Of a stretch of 64,000 nt of DNA, positions 42,481-55,700 are shown piece by piece. The position numbers and the translations under genes were made by a program. Source of the DNA: Eledone cirrhosa (Eukaryota); the NCBI GenBank assembly GCA_964016885.1, contig OZ024747.1, positions 73,346,001 through 73,410,000 of the forward strand, written 5' to 3'. Within the stretch, counting starts at the first letter, position 1. The number at the start of each line of letters is the position of its first letter. The notes beneath the pieces were generated by a model, which was not told where the DNA came from, searched no databases, and saw nothing but the letters and a program-made list of their open reading frames with translations.

Positions 42481-45079
42481 ACCTGTAAAATATATCACAC
42501 TGATGCTAAGAACATAGACTGTTCTGTTACAAAATAAAAAAGAAGTATCGTATTTTTCTTCTGTTGAATGCACAATCACATGATCGTTGTGACGCTCTTT
42601 TGCTCTGTAAAACCTGTTTATAGTTCGATGGAATACTGTAGTAATGTTGTGTAAATGATACACTAATAATATAACAATAGAAGTGATTGAATCTTCACGA
42701 TATGTAATGACTACCGTCTACAGCTGCTAGAAATACACGTGTAAACTGTTATAGCTATAGTCTGACTACAGATATTACTGACACTTTCAATATATTAATG
42801 TCTCATTTAAATTGAATTTTATTCTGGGTAATTTATATCTCATTGCTTAAACTTAGAGTAGCCTGAAAAGCCGAGTGATCTCTTCTATCGTTGCCTTATT
42901 TTCCACAAAAGCTACCCTGTATGGACCGATAATTCTCGAAGGAATCTTAGGAGCACGGCGGTGACATACAACATTTCTAGGGCATTTAAAACCCGGCAGG
43001 GCCCATCTCCACTTCAAGTCTAGATACAGAATATTTCTTCCAGAGAAGGATAGAGAGCATGGAAGTGAGAAAAAGATATAGAGGTGAAATCGATGCCAGC
43101 ACACACACACTTGGCAATATACTATACATACATTCATGTATACATCGCTATTTCAGAGTACCAATCCTAATACCATATATATCTATGTATATATGTGTAT
43201 GTGTGTGCGCGCGCGCCGTGTGTGTGTGAGCGTGTGTGTGTGTGTTTCAATATTGGTAATCTTTTATTATGGAATGATCTTTAATAACGCCTTCTCGCAA
43301 CACGGAAGTCAAAATATAAACGGGATCACCAGCAACAATTCCTTCAGCACCAACATATACATCTATGTCCCCTACCATCTTCACCCCAAACACAAATAAA
43401 ATACTGACTATTATTCCTTCTATCGCTGCCACACAAGCATCTGCCAGATAATGAAACAGCCGAAATGTCCCCCTCTATCAATTTCACTGCATTATAGACG
43501 TTGCTTTTAGTATCTGATATAACCATTAGTATATTTGTTATGACTAAATATTATACTGGTAATGATTATCAATGTGATGATAAATGATACTGATACTGTG
43601 TAATAACAATAAGATAAACAATATTATAGTGAAATGATAGTTTAGAATTTAACCAATAGTACAATGTAAAAGTCTCTTATGTGACTATACCAATCGAACA
43701 ATTATAGAAAATATACGGCGAAATATTAATCCCCGCAGACCAGAATCTATTTAGATAATCTTGATAACTTCACTAATAATATAGTATTAAATCGTTCAAC
43801 GTATTCACCATTATCTAAGATACCATTACACGGCTTTCTTTCTTTCTTTCTTTCTTCATTGTATCATATTTTAAATCAAAGAACGTTCTACATAACTAAT
43901 GGGGACGACGGAGTTACACGAGTTTGTGGATGTGTGATATTGAAGAAGATGTTGTGTGTAATGAGATACATAGGACTTGCAAGTGACGGGAGCGGTTGCC
44001 TTTAGATGGGATTGTCGATGTAGAGACATTGAAGGTGTAGGTGTGTTTAATGTGATACATGAAACTTTTAGGAGTTAGTGTAATGTAACAACAAATGTAT
44101 AAGGATAGCTGGGGCTCCACTAGACCTGAGGTAGTATTCTGTCTTAGGTAGCAACAGATAAAAAGAAATAAATAACTTTATAGAATACCGACTAAGATCT
44201 AGATGTCATTAAGATTATCTTCAGGGGTTTACGTTGTCGTAAAATAGAAATGGTGCTGCCTGGCATTAAATTGCTATAACTTACGTCTGCAAAGCTGAAG
44301 ATTTTTATGTTTATACACTCTCTTTACTATTTAGCCTGGAAGCTAAATGGTAAAGTAATTTTGGCACGATTCTATGATATCTCTTTTTTCAACGAAAGCT
44401 GGCAGCTATCCAATGTCTGGAGAATAAGTAAACTGGACATTTTGACTGAAAAGAAAGAAGAGAAATAATCTTTGGACATTTCGAACAAAATAAAATCGAT
44501 GTGATAAACTTAAAGCACAGTAAATGTATAACACGTTCAGTACGTATGTATTTTATTTACTTATTATCATAGATAATATAGATTCGTGGGAAGGAGGGAG
44601 GAAGAACGTCCTTTGTTTGCTTTCTCGTATGAGCAAGATATGGTGCATAGTAACATGAAAAAGGGTCATTAATTTGTAGATGGAACATCATCGGAAAATA
44701 AATGCCATTCCAGTTATTAATTGTTTATTGAAATAAAATGGAATGTATTACATAGTTTACAGTTGTTATGGGAATGTGTTAAGGGTAACAAATTAAATCT
44801 ACCGCAGTAATTAACAGATACTTCACTTTATCGATCTCACAGGAATATAAGTTGAACTCGGGGCGATTTTAACTCAGAAAATAAAGAGCCAAAAATAAGC
44901 CCGGAAAAAAAAAACATGTTGCCTGTCTCCCTTAAGATTCTGCACATCCACCAAACCTATACCAGTATATACTGTATTTATGGACACGGCTTTTCTAGGA
45001 TTTCTTTTTTAAACCTGGCATTCTCTCTAGGTCTGAATTCAGCAGATTTCTTCCCAAGAACACACACACACACACACGT

Positions 45080-45157
<78 letters not shown>

Positions 45158-45161
<4 letters not shown>

Positions 45162-45309
45162 ATAATAATAAATTTGAAGACTAAAATCTAAAGATGATAA
45201 GGATAAATATATATCAAATATGTAAAAACCGTAGAGCAAATATTTATTAAAATAACAGATTAAAGTTTAAACAAAGAATTTGTTTAAACTTTAATCTGTT
45301 ATTTTAATA
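45158..45309 (-). mobile_element. Mini fold-back element (family F1, copy 2)
   Basis: 31-bp arms 45245-45275 / 45279-45309 with a 3-nt loop; same tail as 8163. Confidence 0.82.
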
Positions 45310-45414
45310 TATATATATTATATATCAAAGGTGTATATTGAGTTAGAAACTCAAAATAGTCTCTTACAATTAAATAGCTCAAATAAAGAGGTTTTTCTGA
45401 GCCGTGTAATATAA

Positions 45415-45441
45415 TCTATATATATAAAACTGAGGATGTCA

Positions 45442-45479
<38 letters not shown>

Positions 45480-46020
45480 TTGAATCCCTAAAACTCGAGA
45501 AGTACCCAACCGATGTTTTTCAAACTTTACATGTGTATTACTTATGTTTCAGCGAGTGTTATGCACATAACAAAATTCAACTTTTTGATCCCCTAGGTGA
45601 TTCCGCATTAGGTGAAAAACTGCGTTTTTTCAGCTTTTTAGGGTTTATTTTGAGACGTTACGTCAGACCGATTTCCTTGAAATTGTAACTATGTATTAGT
45701 CAGTCTCTTCTTCATATCGCGAGCAAAGAAGATCCAACTTTCTTATGGCATTAGGTGAAAAACTTCATTTTTTCAGCTTTTTTGAGGCGTTACGTCTAGC
45801 CGATTTTCCAGAAATTTCAAGGCATATTATCCATGAATTCTAGGAGTTACTCACTCCAGAAATGTAAAAACTTAGTAAATCATAAGTGTCATTTCAGCAT
45901 TTTCTACACTCATGTTTTAGTTCTAATGCAATTACAGAATGTTCATTAAATTCCAGCTTGATCGGAGCTACTATCGCCAGAGGTTGGTTAGTGAGAACCC
46001 ACGGGTACTTAGTACACTAG
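45415..46020 (+). mobile_element. Non-autonomous Helitron-like element
   Basis: 5' A|TCTATATATAAAA followed by (GT)n; internal duplicated TTAGGTGAAAAACT block; ACCCACGGGT hairpin followed by CTAG at 46017-46020. Confidence 0.55.
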
Positions 46021-46937
46021 GGATTATCGAAACATTTAGAAACTATTATTATAGTTTCTTGAATGCGGCCTTATTATATTACAAGTAAATTATTGCGGCC
46101 TTTCAGCATGAGAAGTCAGCCGACCTCTGGTGTAACCGTTATAGATTCACTCAAAAACTAGTTTTCTACAATTTACGAATTTAACACAGCAGGGTGTAAT
46201 ATATACCAGATTGTCTGTCTCAACACTTTAAGCAGCTACGCATTTTATATTTCCAAGGTTACGCGACATTTTACAGAAGGAAATACACCAAATTTTGTTG
46301 AGATTCGATAGCATTCAACGAGTTTCTTAGATAACAACAACAAACGGGATTTCAGATAAATTAATAAATTTGCATATTAAAGAATATATATTTAAAAAAA
46401 TTATTTTCAAATATATTTAATTTCCGAACACATAAAAGACATACTAAAAAAAATAATTAAATATATTTTACCGTAAATACCTTAAATATATATTTTATTC
46501 CATATGTACATAGACAAACACACACACACCGATTTCTCACCATCATGGATATATATATATGGATATATATATATACACACATGTATATATATATATCCAT
46601 GTATGTGTGCATATATGTGTACATAATTATATATATACCATATTTCCTTACATATTTAATATGTGATTTAATATTTAACAAATTTATTTCACATAGGAAT
46701 CTAATATGCAGCATTTCTCAAGATTGTTAAAGAACGATGTATTAATCCTATAATATCGTTTATTAAATTTTGCTGTCTATCGCTTCATGGTCCGAGAAAT
46801 TCAATTAAATGGCAATCCTCTCTTGTGTAAACCATCGCCATCTTTTTTGGACGTCTTTATATTTACGCAAGGACACATGCCACAATCTCGTCACATTTTC
46901 CACTATTACACGTATTCACTGATGCATATATATATAT

Positions 46938-47889
46938 TTTAAGAAAACCCACTGTACCAATAGGAAGTGTATCATATGTAAGGTGAACCCCCGGATAAAC
47001 TGTAAAACTAGAAACGTAGTCTATAGCATAAGATGTACAGAGGGTACTTGCAGAAACATGACAACAACATAGATAGGTGAGACAGCTCGTAGCATAGGTG
47101 AAAGGATAGACCAACACTGGGGGGAACTAAAAGGACGAAAAAACGGGTCAGTACTATACGAACATGCTAGACAACAACATGACGGTAACATAGACAACAT
47201 AGAAATTAGAATAATATCTAAACATAGGAATGACCCAGCAGATAGGCAAATCAGAGAGGCCAGTGAAATAGAGATTAGAAGACCAAAGCTAAACAGAAAG
47301 AATGAGTGGAACAACAACAACACCCAAACAAACAACACTGACCTAAGAGAAGTATAAATAAGTAAATAAAATAAAATAAAATAAGATAAATAAATACATA
47401 CACAAGCACAATAACAACAAGCACATAAACACACACTAGTCACCCAGCAGACACAACACTATACACACTAGTCACACATCACACATAACACTATACACAC
47501 ACGCAAACGCATGCGCAAAGAAGACAAAATAAAATAAGATAAACAAACAAGCAAATAAATAAATAAATATATAGACAGACTTAATAAAAAATGGCGTAGA
47601 CATACAACACAACAGGAGGAACAATGAATATAACACCACTGACGATGTTGAAGATGTGCAACGAAAGATTTATGTAAATTATGTAAACTATATATATATA
47701 TATGTGTTTGTGTCTATATTGTATCTGTATTATTTTTGACCGCCGGTCAGTCAATGGCAACATTGAGGACCGAGTAAGTTAAATCGCAGATATAATAAAA
47801 GACAGCGAGAAGCGAAAACCAACCAAACAGTGAGTGTGTTCTGTTATTAATTCTGGCAATATTACGCAAATATGACCCTCCCCAAGTAT

Positions 47890-47897
<8 letters not shown>
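46938..47897 (+). mobile_element. 5'-truncated PLE, sister family of 10463-12090
   Basis: 46938-47357 reads KCIICKVNPRINCKTRNVVYSIRC...*IGETARSIGERIDQH...RQIREASEIEIRRPKLNRKNEW (TAG at 47070); ends ATGACCCTCCCCAAGTATAACAATAT-(TA)n like 12065-12090. Confidence 0.9.
47636..47675 (+). ncRNA. Hammerhead motif, partly decayed helices
   Basis: CUGACGA-U-GUUG...CAAC-GAAA-GAUUUA at the position equivalent to the HHR of the 10.5-12 kb element. Confidence 0.6.
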
Positions 47898-47982
<85 letters not shown>

Positions 47983-47984
<2 letters not shown>

Positions 47985-48150
47985 AGAATGGAAGTAAGGT
48001 TCTATACAAATCAGGGGTTATAGAGAAAGGGTGAAGTTGTAATTAGCAAAGTGACATTATTGAAAAAATGAGGACAATTCTTTTTAAAAAGGAGTTTTAT
48101 AATGTACATAAAGTATATAAAGCATTACCGGTTTCGATGTATTATTGAAG
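47983..48150 (-). mobile_element. PLE-like 3' end relic (family F9); plus-strand relative at ~29575-29845
   Basis: Shared ATACATCGAAACCGGTA...TACATTATAAAACTCCTTT...TTCAATAATGTCACTTTG; abuts (TA)n. Confidence 0.6.
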
Positions 48151-48491
48151 TTACGCCAATGACAATATTATCGTTGCAGGTACAAATTAAGAAAGACGTC
48201 AATTCATAAGATTCTTCTCTTAAAATAAACATGTACAGCAGAGTAGAGCCTTCAGTATAGACATAAGCATCTTCAGCATAAAGAAGCACATAATCTCAAA
48301 TAGTTTCTTCGATTGTTAATATATTATTTCATGAATTCAATATCTCATACATTCGAGTTAGGCTGTAGTTGTTTCCATATGGCGTGGGACTCTTTAGAAT
48401 AGTTTATAATCGTTAGACCATTTCAATTTAGGCTAGTTATAAAAGGCTAGTTAAAGCCGAAAATTAAAATAATAGTACCTTCCTATTTGTA

Positions 48492-48680
48492 TAATTGTTT
48501 CTACATTTGGCACAAGGCTAGCAATCACCCAGTACATTACTGGTACTTTATTTTATCGACCCCGTAAGGATGAAAGGTAAAGTTAACCTCAGCGGAATTT
48601 GAACTCAGAATGGCAAGGGCCGTAAGTCGATGCGTCAAAGCATGGTGCCCGACTCGCTACTGATACTACCACCACGCTCC
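48492..48680 (-). mobile_element. SINE family B
   Basis: CTGGTACTTTATTTTATCGACCCCGTAAGGATGAAAGG and TTTGAACTC. Confidence 0.85.
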
Positions 48681-49610
48681 CTATTTGTATAATGAAATAA
48701 AAATCCGTCCTCCAAATTATACTTCGTATGAATGTTATTATTAAAATAAAATAACTTGAGAATTTTGGCCAATATTGGCAGAAAACTATCCAATACAAAA
48801 TTTGAGTTTACTCCAGAGCATCAATTTATTTAAAGTATTTGATCTAAGTTTAAAAATAATCATCTTGGTAAAAATTTTATTGCATGAAATATGTATGTAA
48901 ATTGTTGCAATTTTGTTGGACATTTTAAACCATTAGTCGTCAGGTAGATCAAAGAAAAACTTATGTCACCAGTTCAGGTTTTGAAAGTATTAACCTAAAA
49001 TATATAAATGTCTATAAAAACCTAAGTTTGATTAACATTTTATTTAAGGGTTAAACGTGAGAGATAGTTCAGAAATAGAACGATTGTCTTTTGTAAAATA
49101 TTTAAGATTATATTGTGTTTTCTAAAATTTATAAATCAATTTGATACACATTCAAATTGATAGGGAATGAATACTTGATACAGAAGACAACCAATTTTAA
49201 TATCAAATAGCAGCTGCGCTATCAATAGAAATGATTGCTTTTATAAACACGCTACTCATCTTTCTAACATTCTTAAGATATCTTAATTTATTTTACTAAA
49301 ATTGAAAATCCCTAACACGTTGGTAGTAGGATTTGGTGGAGTATAGCTGTGCATCAGATGTTCAATAATATAATGGAGGGACTCTTAATTCTTTTTCACA
49401 AGTACACCGCATCTGCTACACTTAGCAATTCTATCTTTCGCTGAATCACAATCATAGTAATTCTTTTTCAGATGTGCTATTTGGGATACACTATATTTAG
49501 ATTGCCTTATTTAGATTGCCTTGAACTATTTCATAACTCAGCTTTATTCTTAAAGCGCTGTCTTTTTTAATTACGTTCAACAAACTATTCGGAATATATT
49601 TCAAATATAA

Positions 49611-49694
49611 TCCAGGGACTCCAGGCACCTCATTATCAAGCTTGACATGAGGAATGCCTTCAACTCTTTACGCCGGGATTATCTGCTCGAGGCA
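49611..49694 (+). pseudogene. Tiny RT fragment of a CRE-like non-LTR retrotransposon
   Basis: HLIIKLDMRNAFNSLRRDYLLEA matches the KLDxxNAFNSxxR RT motif. Confidence 0.6.
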
Positions 49695-50385
49695 CATAGA
49701 CCAGTCAGGGAAGAAAACTCTTTTGTCTTGGACTGTTTCAGCTTGGCATTTATAAAGAGGGTAATAGCTCTGAAATAGGCTAAGATACACCGAGTAAAAC
49801 ATTATTTTTCTTTGGTTTTGTCATCATTTGCCCCTCATATTTTTTACCGCATTGTACCGGCTTTAAAAAACATTCATCAGTCGTTTACTACAAATTTCAG
49901 AAGGCTTCTTATTAACTACACCACTCTATGAAGTTTGAAATATTTTGAGTAACATTTATAAAAAAGTAAATAGTTTAATAAATAGTGACTACGTTATTGA
50001 GTTGGATTTCACAATGATTGATATGGAAATTACCTTATATTTAACAGAAATATATTTAATGAAAGTTAAACAAGAAATTGTAGATACATAAGGTGGTATA
50101 TTATTTCATTTTACAAAACTAATTGTTCAGATAAGGAAACCTAGTAAGTGTAAGTAACACCATATGTAACTGAATTTATGATTTTATTGAAAGTAAATAT
50201 AAGGCCATTTCTTTGGTGGGCTCAAGGTTTGGAAACCAATTTGCTTTGATCACAGATAGTCAGTTCCTATCCTGACTATAGTTAATTTAGCAGAAAATCA
50301 ATGTTTATCAGACTTTATATATATATATATATATAAAGATTGAATAATAACAGGTAGACATCATAAAAAGGTAATTTATTCTGTG

Positions 50386-50497
50386 TGCTTACAAATGTTT
50401 CCACAGTGGTTATACAGCCTAGTTATGCTATGTGCAAATTTATAACTATTTGCAAAACTCAATTATCAAATGCTGTGACCACTGTATCATCAGAGCA
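50386..50497 (-). ncRNA. Type I hammerhead ribozyme with extended stem II
   Basis: UGCU-CUGAUGA-UACAGUGGU...ACCACUGUG-GAAA-CAUUU-GUA-AGCA. Confidence 0.8.
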
Positions 50498-51201
50498 GAA
50501 TGGTTCAAATGTACAATGTAAATACCCTTAAGTGAGGTTATTAGGGAAGATAGAGTAGAAAAGGAGGAGAGAAAAGAAGGGGAGAGGGAGAGAGAGAGGG
50601 AGATATGCAGGGGTTGGAGAAATGGGAGAGAGTGGTTTGTAGATATCTTAATCAAAATGTTGCGGTCAGGGTTTTATTATACTGGTTACTCTTAAAGCGA
50701 CAACCTTAAGCGATGCGTTGATAGTCAAGGTTGGAATTATTTATTGCCACAGAGGGCAGGTTTATAGATGTGGAGAGGGAGGGAGGTGGACCTAGGGCGA
50801 GAGAGGGAGAGATAGAGAGGGGACAGACGAAAGCTTTCGAAAGCTTTCGTCTGTCCCCTCTCTATTTCTCCCTCTCTATCCATCCCCCCCTCTCTCTCTC
50901 GCCCTAGGTCCACCTCCCTCCCTCTCCACATCTATGAACCTGACTTCTGTGGCAATAAATAATTCCAACCTTGACTATCAACGCATCGCTTAAGGTTGTC
51001 GCTTTAAGAGTAACCAGTATAATAAAACCCTGACCGCAACATTTTGATTAAGATATCTACAAACCACTCTCTCCCATTTCTCCAACCCCTGCATATCTCC
51101 CTCTCTCTCTCCCTCTCCCCTTCTTTTCTCTCCTCCTTTTCTACTCTATCTTCCCTAATAACCTCACTTAAGGGTATTTACATTGTACATTTGAACCATT
51201 C

Positions 51202-51313
51202 TGCTCTGATGATACAGTGGTCACAGCATTTGATAATTGAGTTTTGCAAATAGTTATAAATTTGCACATAGCATAACTAGGCTGTATAACCACCGTGGAA
51301 ACATTTGTAAGCA
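51202..51313 (+). ncRNA. Type I hammerhead ribozyme, mirror copy
   Basis: CUGAUGA 51206-51212, GAAA 51298-51301, GUA 51307-51309; one stem II mismatch. Confidence 0.78.
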
Positions 51314-51733
51314 CACAGAATAAATTACCTTTTTATGATGTCTACCTGTTATTATTCATTCTGTTATTATTATTCATACAGAAGGATCAGGAACTGAGTT
51401 TCTTCAACTATTCTTCCATAACTCGTTGAGTAACCTTTCATCGTACGTCAACTCTATCCAGTGTAGTAATTAACCACTACTGCATCCAGGATAATCCTAT
51501 AACTAATATGTATATATATATATATATATGTCTATATACTATATATACATATATAGATATACATGTGTGTATGTATGTGACTGTGTATAGCTCAAATATG
51601 GTGTTAAACCAATAAGATATATAATGCGCACATAGGTATTTCTTTCAAATTTCGAAAAATTAAATGACACTATATTTCAGATACACAAACCTAACACACA
51701 CAATATACATACATATATATATATATATATATA

Positions 51734-51811
<78 letters not shown>

Positions 51812-51938
51812 TATATGTATATATGTATATGTATATATAAATATACATATATATGTATATCTATATATGTATGTATATATATATATACATATATATGTAT
51901 ATGTATATATGTATGTGTGTATATATATATATATATAT

Positions 51939-52128
51939 AGTTTTAATATAGATGAGATTCTACAGGACTAGAACTGTTTCATTCATTAGAAATCATCAGG
52001 AATCACAATTTCTAATGAATGAAACAGTTCTAGTCCTGTAGAATCTCATCTATATTAAAACTGTTATACTCTGCTATGTATTGAGTACCTTACTTACTGT
52101 GGTTACCTCCGATTCAACCCGGAATAAC

Positions 52129-52130
<2 letters not shown>
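51939..52130. mobile_element. Mini fold-back element (family F11)
   Basis: Perfect 55-bp arms 51939-51993 / 52008-52062; 68-nt tail; (TA)n on both sides. Confidence 0.88.
51953..52007 (-). ncRNA. Type I hammerhead ribozyme with 4-bp stem III
   Basis: UGUGAUUC-CUGAUGA-UUUC uaau GAAU-GAAA-CAG uucuaguc CUG-UA-GAAUCUCA; GUA triplet. Confidence 0.8.
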
Positions 52131-52167
<37 letters not shown>

Positions 52168-52490
52168 CATAGGTAGGTATGCACGTAACTATAAGAGTGT
52201 GTATGTGTATCTGGATGTGTGTGTGTGATTGGAGTGCCTAGGTAAGCGTGAAGAAGAAACAGGAAACATCAATTGATTTTGACTTAAAACTAGGGAAATC
52301 AATTGATTCGGCTGTCTATTATAATACATGTGATGCTTTACAGAATCAATTGATCTGGACTGCTGTAGTAATAGGCTATATATTCAAATTTCAAATGACT
52401 GAAGTATCATTTATTGAGAAAGTGAAAATATTGATAACATTAAAATTCCAATATCACGCCAACAGAAAAATATCAACATATGTACGAATG

Positions 52491-52568
<78 letters not shown>

Positions 52569-52594
52569 ATGTATATATATATATGTATATGTAT

Positions 52595-52626
<32 letters not shown>

Positions 52627-52669
52627 GTATATATGTTTATATATGTATATATGTATATGTATATATATG

Positions 52670-52728
<59 letters not shown>

Positions 52729-52750
52729 ATGTACATATATATATATGTAT

Positions 52751-52782
<32 letters not shown>

Positions 52783-52889
52783 GTATATATGTTTATATAT
52801 GTATATATGTATATGTATATATATGTATATATGTATATGTATATGTATATATATAAATATATATATACATATATATATACATGTATATG

Positions 52890-52972
<83 letters not shown>

Positions 52973-52978
<6 letters not shown>

Positions 52979-54068
52979 TATGAAGAGAGAAGAAACATTT
53001 AGATATAATTAGTAATAAAATGTATCATACCCAAACTGCCCCTAAATTCCTCGACTACGTAGTTTCGTGGCATAAACAAAAACAATATATCATAAAGATA
53101 TAGAGTCCCTGCGAGGTCTGCCGACTTATCAAGAGGATACCTCATTTTACTAGTCTCAAGAACGCGTCCACACGACGTGAGAAAGAATCCCAAAAGGCGG
53201 AGGGGGAGATAGTCACGCGATATAACGGTCGAGAAACAGAGCTAAGCCTCTTATAACCTCGAAGAAAATACCACGGAGGCGGAGGGGGTATTTATATCGA
53301 GGCCGCAGAAGAGGTGGTGAAGAAGGCGAGAAGTATGGGTAATGGAAGCCTTCCAGCTGTCCCCACACTTCAAAGATTGCTCGACCAGAGGGAGTTATTA
53401 ACAATATATTTAGAAACACACATATACATGCGGACACACACATATATACATGAATGCATCCGCACCCAACTGCGAGTTAAGGGTGCCAACTTCACCGATG
53501 TTGCTCAATGAATGACTGGGACAGACCAATTCAGTTGAACTAGACTGAACCAGTATCAGAGTTAGAAATACATTATGAAGAGAGAAGAAACATTTAGATA
53601 TAATTAGTAATAAAATGTATCATACCCAAACTGCCCCTAAATTCCTCGACTACGTAGTTTCGTGGCATAAACAAAAACAATATATCATAAAGATATAGAG
53701 TCCCTGCGAGGTCTGCCGACTTATCAAGAGGATACCTCATTTTACTAGTCTCAAGAACGCGTCCACACGACGTGAGAAAGAATCCCAAAAGGCGGAGGGG
53801 GAGATAGTCACGCGATATAACGGTCGAGAAACAGAGCTAAGCCTCTTATAACCTCGAAGAAAATACCACGGAGGCGGAGGGGATATTTATATCGAGGCCG
53901 CAGAAGAGGTGGTGAAGAAGGCGAGAAGTATGGGTAATGGAAGCCTTCCAGCTGTCCCCACACTTCAAAGATTGCTCGACCAGAGGGAGTTATTAACAAT
54001 ATATTTAGAAACACACAGATACATGCGGACACACACATATATACATGAATGCATCCGCACCCAACTGC
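52973..54068 (-). mobile_element. Head-to-tail 595-bp unit x1.84, one variant HHR per unit (family F12)
   Basis: 52973-53473 repeats at 53568-54068; 94-nt linker; HHR CCUC-UUGAUAA-GUCGGCA...UGCCAC-GAAA-CUACGUA-GUC-GAGG at 53049-53136 and 53644-53731; (TA)n on both sides. Confidence 0.85.
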
Positions 54069-55123
54069 ATATATATATATATTTATATATATGAATATAT
54101 ACCCGTATGTGGTTGACAGCTGAGAGAAAAGTAGAGTTGAAATATTCATTTCGTTAAGATTAAATAGGGAGTCTTGTTACTCAGGAGTTTCACCTGTTTA
54201 TCACAGGGGCATAAAGTACGTTGACACTCCAGAGTCACCAGAAACACTATTTAGCCATAATAAAATGAACATATATATACATATATATATATATATATGT
54301 ATATATACTGGAAAATCGTAACATTTACGAAACCATAAACTTACCCATGAAACTTATTAATTAACTAAGCGCTGTGAGTGTTTGGAATTTTAAAACGCGA
54401 GGATGGCAAGGAAAGGAAATAACTCTAATAACTGACGAGAACTGGAGATAATAAACGAAAAAAAATTGGGGAAATTCTGGTATAAGGAAATGGAAAGTGT
54501 AAGAGAAACAAATTTCATTGAGATAGATTTATGTTAGGTGGATGATGGCAACAGTATAAACAAGAGAAGGACATCTCAAAATGGATGTTAAATCCACTAA
54601 AGTCTGTCTCAAACCAGGAGGCTTGTCAGACCGGTGTTAATCTGGTTTCATGGCATGAAGTGACTTAGAGTACATGACATCCCTTAGATAGGACGCCAGT
54701 CCATTGCACAAAGTCGGTGGCAATACTAAAAAAGGAAAAAAAGAACAAAGACAATATGCGGTAAAGTGCTGCGTACTGCCCCCAAGAAGTAAAGCATTAC
54801 GAGAGCCATTATGAAGGAACCGATGGCCTTCACAAACAACATTTTAATCCCCATATACACAAAAGTTCCGCATATTCAACTCATTCCTGAGTCAATATTA
54901 TTTCTTTCTGTTTCACCCTACTTCTGCCCTTCACTAGGTCACACACAAAGTATCTTTTCACCCAATTGGTTGGGGTTGGGTTCTTCTCTCGTTGTTCTTT
55001 TTCTTAATTCAGGTTTTGTTACAGGGTGTTTTGTTAGAACGGCGACCAGGTATCTAATATACATATACACATGCACACACAAACACACACAAACATATTA
55101 TATGTTTATATATATATATATAA

Positions 55124-55227
<104 letters not shown>

Positions 55228-55330
55228 ATGTTTGTGTGTTGTGTATGTGTCTGCCTGATCCCATGAATGCATTATTTAAATCTTCAGGACTTGAATAGGG
55301 AAAATCTTCAATATATACACACACACACAT

Positions 55331-55366
<36 letters not shown>

Positions 55367-55367
<1 letters not shown>

Positions 55368-55496
55368 GACGAGCCGCGGATTACAGAGTCGGGATAGATC
55401 GATACAGAACGAACGTTGAGCTGATCAGTGGCGAAACGCGCGTCACCAACCAATAAACGTAATGAAGGAATACACAATCGTCCTTTTAATTTTATT

Positions 55497-55500
<4 letters not shown>
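55367..55500 (+). mobile_element. Solo copy of family F2, starting inside the HHR core
   Basis: (TA)n-UGACGA-GCCGCGGAU...AUCAGUGGC-GAAA-CGCGC-GUC-ACC; homologous to 20330-20468. Confidence 0.8.
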
Positions 55501-55538
<38 letters not shown>

Positions 55539-55572
55539 TATATATGCGTGTGTGGATGTGTGTGTGTGTGTG

Positions 55573-55700
<128 letters not shown>

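Larger units (their letters stand above)
50341..51510. mobile_element. 1-kb zero-spacer palindromic PLE pseudo-LTR pair (family F10)
   Basis: Arms 50341-50838 / 50839-51358 (22-nt indel); centre GAAAGCTTTC|GAAAGCTTTC; identical 69-aa ORFs on both strands; right-hand extension to ~51510. Confidence 0.92.

Noticed and set aside
47070-47072. Stop-codon readthrough in the GIY-YIG ORF
   Set aside because: TAG replaces the Tyr of YIG by one substitution in a truncated copy; the sister element has Tyr
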